Shown: positions 14,592 through 28,034, numbered from the stretch's first letter. The stretch: 64,000 bases of DNA from Felis catus (GCF_018350175.1 NC_058368.1:225248001-225312000), one strand, 5' to 3'. Translations and numbers: made by a program. The notes: a model not told the origin generated them from the sequence alone.

Positions 14592-15038
14592 CGTGAAAGA
14601 GAACACCACAGGCCCAAAATGGAGTCATGTATGCTAGGCCACGTCACCAAACCAGGGCTCAAGACCTAACCTACCTGCAGCTTCAACCTCCCCTTAGAAA
14701 TGGAGGCTTACCCGGGCCAGTGAGGAATGTTCTCATCCGTGCTAATGAAGTAATCTGTCACATGGGCCCCCTCTATGCCCCTGAGGAAGATGAAGTCATC
14801 CACAAAACAGGAGCCCTTCTCTGCCCACTAAAGGAAGAGGACCTTGCCCGAAACAATCCTTTCTTTTCTTTTGCTAGTAACATCCTTGCCCTACCGGCCT
14901 TCCTACAAAAACCTTCCATTTTGTACAATTCCTGGGAGCTCCCCTCTACTGGCCAGACAGGACGCTGCCTGATTCACAAATGGGTTGATAAAGCCAATTA
15001 GATCTCTCAACTTTACTCGATTAGATTTGTGTTTAACA
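14592..15038 (+). mobile_element. ERV1-type solo LTR (carnivore, MER34/CarLTR-like)
   Basis: cgtgaaagag...aaaatggagtca...tttaaca with 4-bp TSD acct (14588-14591 / 15039-15042). Confidence 0.8.
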
Positions 15039-16091
15039 ACCTGAAACCTTTCCTCAGCCCTGTTAGTAGGTAATTGGTGGTGACCTTGAATTTCAAGATT
15101 AGGTAAAATAGAGGGGGAATAAATTACTGTATTCAAAACAGGCAAACAAATGGAAATTGATTCAATTATGATCAAAAACAATCATTTTCCTTCACATTTA
15201 AATCCTAGACTAAAGCCTGCAATACTCATCATATAATGAGTAGGTTTTAAGAGCAAGTGAATGTTACTAAATGTGCAAAATCTTACAATGATAAGAACAG
15301 ACGCCTCGTGTTGAGAAAAGATGAATGCCAACAGGGAACACCAAATGACTAAGGGAGCCCAGTACGTACGGGAGAAAGTGCCAGAAAAAAAAAAAAAAAA
15401 TCAAACAGGAGAATGTGTCTTAAACTGTGCTTGAAAGCAACTTTGGGAAAGAGTATTTTCCAACTGCATATCCACCTCCCTTGTTTTAGGTAGATCGGGA
15501 GGTTGTGGCAAAGGGCCATGCATAATACTCAGTTTTGCCCATCTTACCTGTTTGGAGTTCAGTAAAAGTTTTAAAATGGAAATATCAATAGTCCCTTTTC
15601 CTAGGAATATTTTATTTTCCATGTATAAAATAATACATTCAAACACAGAGTACAAGAAAGAGTTACCAGAAATCTTTCCTTGCTGTTAGTATAAAATTCA
15701 GGCAAGAAGTTGGCCATTTCTCTGTTTTTTTTGTTTTTTTTTTCCTATAGGATTAGAAAAAGCAAGTTAAGAAAATAGATTACCCAAATCCGTGAGCAGT
15801 TTTCTTGGAATCAGGGAGCCACCAGGGAACGAGACATTGGATTCCAAGCCATATGAGTATCATCACAGTTGGGACTCGCCTGCTGACCAAGTGCTAACTA
15901 TCATCCCAGCACGTGAACCTAAAACTGAGCACCTATTTAATGCCTCAGCAGTGTCCCTCTTGAGGGGTTCAAGCCATGCAAAACTCACCCCACTCTCCCT
16001 AGAAAAGGAACTAACACCATTAATTGCACATGATCGCGTGAACTGGAATCAACAACGTTCTGTTCAACTTGGGTTTCAATCTCATTATGGC

Positions 16092-16623
16092 TGACGTGGA
16101 GAACAAAGGTAAAAGAAATGTAGAACAATTAAACTTCCTTACAACTTGCAACTACAGCCCATTGACAAGGACTTGGGACCGGCAGAGTGACCTTCCTGCA
16201 GGAACTCAGGTGCCTGGAGGTTAACACTTGGTAAGGGCAAAGGGCAACCTTTGCTTGACATGAGCCTGACCTCCAGGATCCTGTACGGTTTCTTTACATA
16301 ATCCCATTTGGAAGCTTCCTTTATCTCTATCCCCTCAAGATATATGTTAGCAACTGGCCCACTGATACACATCTGAAGTGTCTCATGACTAAGGTTTTAC
16401 TAGGCAATAGTAAATGACTCCTCGAGGTCCTGGAAGAAATTCCCTAGAGACTTAAACTATCCCTAACCCCTTCCTTCCCAGCTTGAAGTGTATAATCAGT
16501 CACTCCTCACAACTTTTTCCGCCCACGGGTCCTGTCCCCATGCTTTAACATCACCTTTGTGGCACTGAAGACATCTCAAGAATTCTTTCCTGTTTGCTCC
16601 CAGACCCCCAACATTTCACATCA
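16092..16623 (+). mobile_element. ERV solo LTR (carnivore CarLTR-like)
   Basis: TGA...TCA termini, TSD atggc/atggt, internal TATA-like tgtataa. Confidence 0.75.
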
Positions 16624-19600
16624 ATGGTCACTACTAGAGATTTATGTTAAACAAGCCGCTTTTTAATTCTCCAAGGCTTGGTCATTTCGTTTGTGCTCTT
16701 AAGTGACTATCACTGTATCCCTTAGGTCTATAATTTTTGGTCTTTGCACAGATGTACAATAATCATGTGTGGATTGGATTAGATTGTATTGAGGACTCAA
16801 ATCCACTTCCACGTTTCTTTCGGAAACGCCACAAATGTCCAGGCACTGTCCTTGGTTGACTCGGAACTCCCATCCATCGGTCCGTCAAAGTCTAGACCCC
16901 AGGAAGATTACACCTTGTCAATTGGTCAAAGGTAGCAAGCAGATAAATAGTAGCTCGGGGGGGCTGGATTCTGACAGTGTGGCTTAGGCAATTTTAACAA
17001 GTACACTACGATAAAAAGTCAATTATTTGGCAAGAGTTAGAGGAGAAAATACATAGTCGGTGGCCCACATCTTTCCTAATGAGGCTTTCTAGGCTCTCCT
17101 AGGGATGTCTTTCAAAGTTCTGGCGCACCATCTGAGATGCAGAACAGGGCGGGTTGTTAAGGCAAGGGTGGGAAGTCAGGCTGCTATCAGACAACTGATG
17201 ATTCACTCAGTCTGACACAAATTCCTTCTGATGAACAGACCAAGGATCCTATCTACACTCAACCCAAGTCTCCTATGTGGGTGTCTGGAGTTCCCCGTCT
17301 ATAAGCCTACTCTGGTCTGGAGGACGGTGCTAAACAGAATGTACCACTGGCGGTGTGAGTCTTAAGCGATCTTTAGTTTTGACAGACGTGTTTGAGGAGA
17401 GGGGTACTGTCTTAATGAGAAAGTCAAAGGCACACATATTGTCCACTTCAAACAGAAGGTGGGGATGATAGAGAAGACGTATTTAACGTGACAAAATCGA
17501 CCCGATTTCACAAGCTGGTAAAACTCAGCCTCGGTCAAGATTCTGAGAGTTCCACTACTCCTTCCTGTCACCAACCTTGCAGCCCCACAACTTCTGAACC
17601 TGTAACACGGAGAGCAGCGGGTTAGAAGTCACATTTCCTGACTGACACTAGGCATGGGCGTGGGGTGAGGGATTAGAAAACACAGAGCAGCCTTGCACTG
17701 CCACGGTAACAGTCACCAGGTTCCAGGTGACTGTTAGGTATAAGGAGAATACAGAAGAAACGCTGGGAAGGGAATATTCACCTCTGACTCACGAGTCGGT
17801 TTCAATGGAGAAAATCCCAGCAGACTTACGAAAGTATTAAGTGGGCAGATTAGTTTACTATGTCAAGAACGCGAGACCAAAAATTGATTCAGTTGAATCA
17901 AAGGGAAAGAGAATTTTTGTTAGGATGGCTTCCCCTAGCCCTGGTGACCGGACACTTGTCCCTCACATCTCTGGACCTGCAACGTTCTTCTGTAAAACAA
18001 AGGGACTGAGCCAATTCGTCTCTAACACGTGAGACATCTAAGACACTAATTCGGTAAATACCAAGAGAGAAAAAATTTTCGTGTCCAGAATTACCGATGT
18101 GTTTGGAGCAATGGGTCCAAATAAATAAACGTGTAAGTAGGAGCACTGCAGGTTACAATAAATTACCATGTACAACTTAAAAAAAAAAAAAAAACAAAGC
18201 TATGCCGTCAGTCAGTTGGAAGAGAGTGAATTAAAATTTCCTAAGACCACCCATAAAAGAGGGGGCACCCATTAAAATAAAGGCCAGTTGTCAGAACACC
18301 GTTACTTTTTTTTAGTGTCGACTGATGGACCGGTCGACGTGGAATATATGAAACAAAGACATCCGGCATAGATAGTGTGTTAAGCTTTATCCTCTCCACT
18401 TTTATATTGGAACTCTCATCTAATTTAAGCCTAAAATGTCTTAGGAATCAGTACCAGGCACGACATATAGGAGAAAGTCATGATTCTGGATCACGTGACC
18501 CGCACTCTGCGACGACTCGGATGTGGGATTTGCAATTCTCCATCAAATGAAACTCGGAGAAATAATTGTAGTTCTTCAAAACTGTCACTGAGCTCTTCAC
18601 TATTCACTGAAGATTCATGGCAATGAACGCCCATTGAATTGAATGTTTTTATCAAATTACTTCATTTAACTGATTCACACAGATTTATTCCGTTTGTAAC
18701 GTGGCTCTGAAAAGTAGACTATGCTGAGATCCAAACCATCCTCTATGGCAGGCACGACGGACTCTTTATTTAGAATTAGCGGAACTTGACTGTGATGTGT
18801 GATTACAGCGGACTCTCGGGATTCCCCAAACCCAGCCTTTCCGCTCCTCCAGTCACCGCAACTTTAGGAGAACTTTCGCACAAGGAGAAAATATTTTCTT
18901 TCCTATAAGTCATGAAGAGAGCCAAAGGTCAAACAGATACATAATAGCACTCAAAGGCGTGCAGGTGCTCAAGGTGTATCCTGAACCATGCAATGCCTGC
19001 GATGAAAAGGAACACACGAAAGGTGAATTACAATTATTTTAGCAAACATTTGCTCTGTCTCTTACAAATCAATGAGAACCAACAGCTAGAAAGAACAGAG
19101 AATCTGCTTATGACTCTCCTGCAAATTAATTACGCTCACTGGTCATAATCGGCACTTATTTGCACACAAAATACTAAAGTCCTCTTGGTGTGTTCTTCTA
19201 GAAGAGATTGCCCTTAAAATCATCTAGTTGAAATTACTAAAAACTCTCCACTGCAGGACAAATACAGATTTGAACAGATTGTAAAACCACCAACAAGCCA
19301 ATTCCACCTTACAAAGCTTTTTCCATGATAGCTGTGTACGTCGGCATTATACAAAGAAAAAAACACTAGATGAAGCAACTAAGTTGAAGGATTTTTCTGT
19401 TCCTTGAAGACTCCTGAGGTGGTCTTCTTACCGCCCAGGAGTAAAATGCATGCAAATCTGCCAACAGTGTGAGGACCCACGACTCCTCTCATCTACAGAT
19501 TCCAGTCTATACCAGTGTGGCTATCAGGATACACCCTGATGGTGATCAGAGCAACTCAGAAGTCTGTTTGGCGGTCAAGGTCCTCTGTGACTTAGGGGTT

Positions 19601-19900
19601 GACGTGGAAGCGACAGATGACGTTGAGACATTTGGAAGGACCTTGGTAACTCAGAATCCCATCAAGACTACACACAGGAAAATAAAATAGAGAACAAAAT
19701 GGGGACTCCAATTTCACCCTTTCCATTTGTCCTCTTAGAACGGTCATCACACTTAGAAAAGATCGTTCTAGAGATAAGGTCAAGTTTAAGAACAAAATCA
19801 GCTACGTATTTTTCGAGGTCTGGAAACAAAGGGGAATAATTCACTACTTTCACAATTTTGTCAGATGATTTTACTTGCGGGCTTAAAAGCGGAAATTCTA

Positions 19901-20126
19901 GGGGCGCCTGGGTGGCTCAGTCGGTTAAGCGTCCGACTTCGGCTCAGGTCATGATCTCACGGCTCGTGAGTTCGAGCCCCGCGTCGGGCTCTGCGCTGAC
20001 AGCTCAGAGCCCGGAGCCTGTTTCCGATTCTGTGTCTCCCTCTCTCTCTCTGACCCTCCCCCGTTCATGCTCTGTCTCTCTCTGTCTCAAAAGTAAATAA
20101 ACGTTAAAAAAAAAATTTTTTTTTTA
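19901..20126 (+). mobile_element. CAN-SINE
   Basis: TSD aaaagcggaaattcta/aaaagcagaaattcta. Confidence 0.95.
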
Positions 20127-20163
20127 AAAAGCAGAAATTCTAAAATTCACCTTTCTTCTAGAG

Positions 20164-20838
20164 CAGGGGCCAGCAAATGGGGCCACCCCCTTGCTTTTTC
20201 AAATAAAGTTTCATTAGAACACAGCCATGCCCATGGAGGAGGGCACTTGTTGGGATGAGCACTGGGTGTTGTATAGAAGTCAATTTGGCAATAAATTATA
20301 TTAAAGAAAGAAAGATAAAAATAAAGAGACCTTCCATTTCTCACACATGACAAAAAGAAGAGTAGGAAATAAGGTGTTGGAAGCCGATGGTGTCAGATCT
20401 AAAGAGGATCCTTTGATGCTCATGCTATCGCCATGCTGGACGGGTTAGGGACTTCTGACTAGTCGCTGAGTCTTGAAGGGCCAAAGTCTTCTAATTTTCA
20501 AAATAAAGATGGTATATCCTCATCTGGCGGCCGCATCCGGTGGTTTTTTGTTTGGTTATTTTTGTTCGTTCATTTGAAAAATGCCAATCAGCTACTTCGC
20601 ATGGATAACATTAAGACAAACTATGAAGTCATATAGGATAAAGTTATATACGTGTATACATAAATGGCTATTTTCAAAACGAAAAGCAAACAAACACAGC
20701 CATGCCCATTCATTGTCGCACCCCCTCTGTTCTCAGGCTGCAAAAGCAGACTTGAGTAGTGGTGACAGAAATCACACGGCCAGCGGAGCCCAAAATGTTT
20801 GCTCTCTGGTCCCTTGAGGAAAAGTTGGCAGATTCCGG
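20164..20838. mobile_element. MER58-like DNA transposon split by an L1 insertion
   Basis: caggggccagcaaa...aataaagtttcattagaacacagccatgccca resumes at 20693 and ends ...aaaagttggcagattcc. Confidence 0.75.
20235..20692 (+). mobile_element. 5'-truncated felid L1 3' end plus transduced flank
   Basis: ggaggagggcacttgttgggatgagcactgggtgttgtat...aataaa, ~365 bp non-L1 sequence, 17-bp TSD aacacagccatgcccat. Confidence 0.8.
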
Positions 20839-21399
20839 CCTAATCTAGTCTTAGATGAACATATTTAGCCAGTGCGAACAAGATAGTCCTTTTTTTTTTT
20901 TTTAATTTTTAAATTTTGTTTTTAATTTTTCAGAAATTAAAAAAAAAAAATTTTTTTTTAATTCTTTGAGAGCAAAGGGACTTGGGTTGTTAGCAACAGC
21001 ACAGCTCTTACCAAGTCAAAATCTCCTGACAAGTCAACTTCTCAGGAGTCAGGGTACTGAGGCACAAAATCCAGAGCAGAACCAATAAATGCGCTTGGTT
21101 TCCAAGCCAGGGATCTAATCCCTTTCTGCCCCATGGCATGGAGTGAACTGCCGAGCCTCGGCAAGCCTGCTTTTCATAAGCATGAAATGGGGATAATAAC
21201 ACCTTGATGTGAGAAAAGATTTATTCAGAGGATCTTTTAATGATGAAATGAGACAACAAGGACCTCCGTGCTTTTCTTGAGCTGGCGGCATAGTCTTGTG
21301 TGCCCTTCAGATTATATCACACCTAGCCTTTTCTGAAGTTAAAATGTTCATCTTTGTGATGCGTCCATTATATCAAACAACAGTCCAACGGTAAAAATG

Positions 21400-21950
21400 A
21401 AGCTAAAATAAAAACACACCTATTGCTTCCCTCTAATTTCCCACACACCTGTCTTTCTCACCTTTAAGCCTCAACCTAAGTTTCTCTCTTCTGTCCGTGA
21501 CTTCCTTCAAATGTTCACGGAGGCATCCCCTTTGGTCCTCGTCAACTCAGCTGTCTTGCTTTTCCTGAGAGATTCACCCACGTACACAGTCTCAAGAGCC
21601 TTCTGGAATGCTAAGGTTCCTTTGTCTAGTGTCTACAGCTTACCGACTATTATTTCCTGAGCTACAGACTCGAGCACGCTGTGGTATACCACTGACCCAA
21701 CACGGACATCCCTTGAGTACTTCAAACTCAAGATTTCCCCAAGTGAGCTCCTTACCACCTTTCCCACCTACCTGAATCTACTCCTTTTCTGTGTTCCCAT
21801 CCAAGAGACTAAAACCATCCACCCACCCCCACTGCCACGGCAGAAATATGGGGGTTTTGTGGACCAACGCACACGACCACTATCACAACCGCTCTGGTAT
21901 CCAATTACTTGTGTCCTTCTCCTATGTAAAATAAGTTCAACTCCTCTACT
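21400..21950. mobile_element. L2 fragment
   Basis: Pyrimidine-rich L2-like text (cttcaaactcaagatttccccaagtgagctcctt). Confidence 0.5.
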
Positions 21951-21959
21951 AAGTGCTGG

Positions 21960-22220
21960 CAAACAAAATATGATCAAAAAAGTGTTGTACGTGCTTCTGA
22001 AGAAAGAGAGCTTGGCATTCCGGCCGCCATTTTGAACCACGAGGGCAGAAATCAACACTGAGAATGGAAGCTGAAAGATAGGACCCTGGTATCTTGAAAA
22101 CACCACCGAACTACCACATCAGCCCTGGAGCCCATTGTTGGAATTTTATGTAAAAGAAAATTAAACTTATCTCTGATTTAAGCCATTATAATTTTAAATG
22201 TTCTGTTCTATCTATGCAAA
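21960..22220 (+). mobile_element. Old MaLR LTR fragment (MLT1J/K-like)
   Basis: ggccgccattttgaaccacgaggg...cagccctgga...gatttaagccatt. Confidence 0.6.
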
Positions 22221-22966
22221 AAAAAAAAAATCTAATTCTAAGAGTAAATTTCTCAAACCCACTCTTTAAGTGCCAAAAATTCAGGTTAAAAATATCTCAA
22301 CACATTTGGCAATAAATTATTCATAAGACTCCCTCCTCCCCATGACCATCTCTTAAACACATACATTTCTTAACAATCAGTGGTCAGAGTCTGGAATCAC
22401 CCGAAAATAGCAAGCCTGCTCAATGAATTCACTGTGAAAAATAAATAGTAACAAAAATTAGGTTGATTCTTAATACTTACTGTAAAGTCAGTGCAGCTAA
22501 AAACAGACAAGTGAATCAAAAATACATCTCCTATAAAATACAAAGTTTCTATACAGAACAAAGTGACTTTTTATAGTCAAGTGGAACAAAAACCATCACA
22601 TGGAAATTGGTGTATTTTAGTATGGATGGACCAAAGCACACCAGCAAGGGTCTTAGCAATAAGTAAAAGTAAAAGAGAACCCTAAAAAAACACATGCAAA
22701 TGAGAAGCCTTAGGGATGGTCCAAAAAGAAAAAAAAAAAAAGAGAGAGCTCAAGTTGTGGGTTTCAGAAAAATTAAGGAAATAGGAAGGCACAAAGCCAG
22801 CAAAGAGGCAGAAATGTTAGCATGGGGAAAAAAAAGAGCCATTTATAGAAAACATGAGAAAGTCTACACTGAAGGTTTAAAAAGGTGAAGCAGCTGTGTG
22901 TCAAGTGATTTTTAAGTAGGGGTTAAAAAAAATGCTGGTGGGGGATGGGGAGGTGGGGGACAGCGA

Positions 22967-23160
22967 GGGGCACCTGGGTGGCTCAGTCAGTTAAGCGTCC
23001 AGACTCTTGATTTGGGCTCAGGTCGTGATCTCACGGTTGTGGGATTGAGCCCACATCTGACTCCCAGCTCATCTGGCTCCCAGCTTGGAGCCTGCTTAGG
23101 ATTCCCTCTCTGGCCCTCCCCCCAACTCTCATTCTCAAAAGAAAGAAAGAAACACAAAAG
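22967..23160 (+). mobile_element. CAN-SINE
   Basis: ggggcacctgggtggctcagtcagttaagcg head, A-rich tail. Confidence 0.92.
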
Positions 23161-23642
23161 AAAATGCTGGCAACTGCCTTACCACTGACCGAACAGGACT
23201 GAAAAGGTCTCATGGATCTAGTGACTGAATCTGGCTTTTCAGATTCCAGGCCGATTAATCACATCTATCTAGACTTTGGCCAGTGCCGCAGCTCAGGGGG
23301 GAGCAACCATGCAAAAGACCCCCAACACCGCAACCCAAGGAGATTAAAACTCCGACTTGCGGCCAGGCACACAGTCAGGGAGGAGTTTCTTACCTTTGGA
23401 TTTGCTTCCGGCTGGAAAACCAGGCTTTGCCAGAGGGACGGCCGTGCCTCACCCAGGTCAGACCCACCCACCAGGAGGTTAGGCAATGCAAGGCCAGCGA
23501 CGAGGACAGGCCCTGCGGACGTGGGACAAAGGTGTCAGCTCTCAAAGGCCCTGTAAAGTCTGCAAGGTTGAGATCTCAAGGAAAGAAAAATAAAGCCTCC
23601 AAAATTCAAAAGAGAGAGCTTAACAAATAAGTACGTAACTAT

Positions 23643-24015
23643 TGCTATAGACCGAATGCCGATGCGCCCCACCAAATTCCTATGTTGGAACCGAACCCTC
23701 AGTGTGACGGTATGCAGGGGCAGGGCCTTTGTGAGGTACGTGGGTGTTGGGTCATGCGGGGGAAGCCTTGATGAAGGGAATCAGTGCTCTTTGCCAACAG
23801 GCCCCAGAGAGTCCCCCCCCCCCCCCCCCACCGTGGGAGACGATGGTAAGAACACAGTCCCCTACCAACCAGGAAGAGGGCTCCCACCAGACACCCCATC
23901 TGTTAGTACCTTGATCCTGGACTTCCCCAGCGTCACGCTGAGTGAAATTAATATTTAGTGTTTAAGCCACTCACTCTAGGGTATTTTGTCAGGGCCGCCT
24001 GAACAGGCGAAGCCA
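23643..24015 (+). mobile_element. MaLR solo LTR (MLT1A-like)
   Basis: tgctatagaccgaatg...ccttgatcctggacttccc...tttaagccac...gtattttg. Confidence 0.8.
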
Positions 24016-24809
24016 AATGTTCACAGTAATAGTTACGCCATCAAGCCTCCACAGATCGACACACACAGATTTATAGTTAATGCAAAGCGTATTTAATTTG
24101 AGGTGTGAACCATGTTTAAAGTTTCATACGATGTGGTACAGGCCCTCCGTAATTAAGAGATGCTGGGACTTGTGCAATGGTGGTGTATGATTAGAAAAAA
24201 AGGTAATCGAGGAGCCCTAACACCGTACATAAAAGCACTTTGAAAGCTATGAAAAAAAGCACAATTGCAACGCGGCGTGTATTTCGATCAAGACGGGAGG
24301 GTGTTGAGCCGTCCAGTGTCCCCTTGTTTAATGGTAGGCAACCATAAACACGCTCGTTGTAGGAAGCCGTGCCGTCCTATGGGCTGGAAGTAGCTCACGT
24401 CCCACAGTGGAAAACACATTGCCTCCTTCCTTCTGAGTTTGAAAGGACACCTCAGTGACAGAGCTTGGTCAACGTCTCAGCTTGGTTTTATTCATCCTCA
24501 AGTGTACGCAACGAGAATGTTCAGCCAGAGAATAAACATCGCACTGTCCGTGCGGTAACGATCACACAAACACCACCATATCCCACGGTCACATTCAACT
24601 GCCTCCGGAGCAGATATTGTTTAACGATTCCGCTTACGTGACCCTTCCCCCCATGTAGATTCACACCGCGGGAGGCCACTATAGAATTAATGCCACAGAT
24701 GCACCGGAAGTTCAACGCTTTGTCGCCTTATCACACACAGCAACAGCACATGATAAAAATAATAATAATAATAATAATAATAAGCTTTTAATTTAAGTAT
24801 GGTATGGCT

Positions 24810-25021
24810 GGGGTGCCTGGGTGATTCAGGCGGTTGGGCATCCAACTCTTGATTTTGGCTCAGGTCATGACCTCATAGTCATGAGATCGAGCCCCCAGCT
24901 GGGCTCTGCACTGAGTGTGGACCCTGCCTGGGATTTTATCTCTCTCTCTCTCTCTCCCTCTGCACTGTCCCCATCCCCACTTGCACACACACTCTCTCTC
25001 AAAAGAAATAGGTAAGTAAAA
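24810..25021 (+). mobile_element. CAN-SINE, preceded by (AAT)n at 24758-24783
   Basis: Head, CT tract and tail visible. Confidence 0.92.
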
Positions 25022-25267
25022 TATGGCATCATTGTTTTCACTTCAACAGATTCAGTTCACAACAGAGGCTGCTCTCATAGGCACAATTATCAGTCATTGT
25101 CTCCAGGTAACAAACATGAAATACGTACGTGGTCTTTTCATCCCACGAGTTTACAAACAGTGGCTAAATTTGTGTGTGTGTCAGAGAGACTGTTGCGTTT
25201 ATAGCTGAGGTGACAATTCTAGCCCTAGGACTGCACACAACCATCTAAAAGATATTTACCAGAATAT

Positions 25268-25373
25268 TATTTTTATTTATTTTTAGTGAGTTCAACATCC
25301 AAGGTGGCGTTTAAACTCATGACCCCAAGATCAAGACTCATGTGCTCTACTGACTGAGCCAGCCAGGCGCCCC
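25268..25373 (-). mobile_element. Short CAN-SINE
   Basis: ...ctactgactgagccagccaggcgcccc; TSD atatttaccagaatat. Confidence 0.9.
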
Positions 25374-28000
25374 ATATTTACCAGAATATCAACCAGCATG
25401 AAACCATCCGTTCACTCCCCCAGGTCTGGAATATCTCAGATCGGTTTGAACAGAAATAATCACAAGCACTGAGAACAAGACACAGACAGACTCATGACCC
25501 CGGGGTACTAGCCAGCCCATGCCTAAGAAAGCTCCACGGTGGCCCAGATGCAGAGATTCACAATTTCTCTGATCACTAATGCCCTTGCCCCAGGAAACAG
25601 TGGGGCACTGTTAAAGAGACCACAAAAATGCTAAATATTTTCCAAATCCTCTGCAGCACATTTATCCCTTGATTCTTTTAACACAAAGTCTACCAATTCT
25701 TTTAAGTTAAATCTGGGACATATGAGGATTTAGACAGCCATTCTCACACACTCCGTTCCTGCCGCTGTCTTATACGGAAAGAGATACAATTTCTTAAAAT
25801 TGACTGAGGAGTTATTCCACCAAAGGCCAGCTTAAGTGCTGGGCCAGGCACTTTAGGGGCCACATCAAAGTTGGTTCCCAACCACAGGTACCTTTTGAAG
25901 AAGGAACACTCCAGATAAGAGTTACAACTGACAAACCAAAGTATATGGAACACACATCCAGTGGGCAGTCCGGTATTCAATGGACTTCTTCCATTGCTGA
26001 ATTGAAGACACGGTAACATTTAGGTTTTTTAATCCTCTGCACCAAATAAAAACATTATCATCACTCAGCCATATGTACGAAGTCAGGATCCACATCTTTT
26101 TAGAGTGCCAATGGACTCTATTCAGTCTGAGGGGCTCTGGGTCAAAGCCTCTCAGATTCATGTTCAGAACTTTAATCCGAGGAAGAACCCAACACTCACT
26201 GCAATGACTTTTATAAGGTGATACAAGATGACCGATAGAAGATTAGGTGCTTCTCCTCAACGGTCACAGCCAGAGTTCAGATCTCCAGAGATCCAGAGGG
26301 AGCAAGAATGCAATCCTGAAAAAGATCTCTCATGGAGGGGTTTGTAAAGCAAATTGGGGAAATGGCCAATTGGGGAATGAGGCCCCTCTTTCTCACTGGC
26401 CCCCTACTGCCATCACGGGGGCTCAGTTTTCAACCTAGTTTTCAGGGTTGTCATGGCCCCTGTGACCTAGAATTTCCAGCTTCCCAAAGGTCTTTTATGG
26501 GGAGGGCTCTATTCTTGTCAACACAATGGAGAACGTCCTCTGAAGAGTTGAAGCCAATTTTCAAAGCTGGGACAAGTTGTGGCCATCATTTCTGGCTGAA
26601 AGACCCTCTCCAAATACCTTTGAGTACAATGGGACTCTACTATGAAGCCATCTCCAAGAATTCTAGAAAGGTTTTAGAAAACCTGTATCCCCTTCCTTTT
26701 TTAGGCTCTTCCTGACATTTATTTCTTTATCCACACATTTCGCTGATACAATTCAACCTATCCTAATTCACTACACTTCCCAGTTTTACGTTTTGACTCT
26801 ACGAAAGCAAATACACAAGCTTGAGCATCATACGCCCATCACTCTGAATCCTGACGCTTCCAAATAACCCATCCTGATGCTGGCTGAGCTACCCTACACA
26901 ATTAATTTCTCTCCTTTTTTTCCTTCCCTCACCCTTTTCTTCATTTTTGTCTTTCCCACCCCAGCAAGTTTTCTCTGTGTTTTTTCTAATAGTAAACACT
27001 GAGGAGATTCTCTACCTAGAGAGAGAAAGAAAAAGAAAAAAGTGATGTAACTTTCTGTGCAGTGCCTAGTAATTTCTAAAAGCCTATAAAATTACAGTTT
27101 TTTTATCATTAATGTCAGAATTTCATACATTAAATCGCTGAGGTGAGAATGTTTACCAAAACAATGGAATTACTCATAGAGGCAAAGTGGTATTTATAGA
27201 TTTGTATAGATGTATACACAAAACATCATATATCTAGCATTTAGATGTAGCACTTATGCAATGTCTCTTAACAATGAGAATAGAATAGGGAGGCCAGACG
27301 GTATTAATGGAAAAACTCCAGGGAGAAGAAATGGCATCAACAATGACAAAAGACACTTTATCTTCAAAGTGACAGCAAAACACAATGTTTTGAAAACTAA
27401 AGTTTAACTGTAAAATAACTTTAGCATTTTTTAAATATTAAATGTGAAAAAACCTTAACAAAATGTATCTGATAGCCACCACAGGGGAAAATGTCTTACT
27501 TCAACATTGGCACTTAAGTATGTTTGAAAAAACTGTAATTAAGGTACCTTCAATGTACTTCGGCGCAAAAATGTATTCAATGACGCATTTCCACTAAGCT
27601 GTACTTAGGTTAAAATCTCACTTCAGGATCTGACGGTGCATTCGATCGTAGTGTCTGTGTGGGTAACTCGGAGTCCTTCTGCCTTGCCTTCCCACCTCCC
27701 TAAAATAGGGGTTGAAGAGGCAAGTCCCAGGATTCGATGTCAGACCCCCGCGTGGCAAGAGTTACTAACTACAACACAGGTCCCCAGGTATTCGTGGATA
27801 ATGTACTCCCAAGCCAGAATGTGTTCTCCCAACATGATGACACTCTTACATTTTATTCACATTGAAAGCTCAGTACAATTTTCACCTATACACACAAAGC
27901 AAACAATAGCGACAATTCTACCAAATGCGCTCTGAAGTTAAAGCAGATGACTCATAAGCATAAATCCAATTATATATTATCACAAATTAAATTACTAGTT

Positions 28001-28002
<2 letters not shown>

Positions 28003-28032
<30 letters not shown>
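28003..28032. repeat. (AC)15 microsatellite
   Basis: Perfect dinucleotide run. Confidence 0.95.
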
Positions 28033-28034
<2 letters not shown>

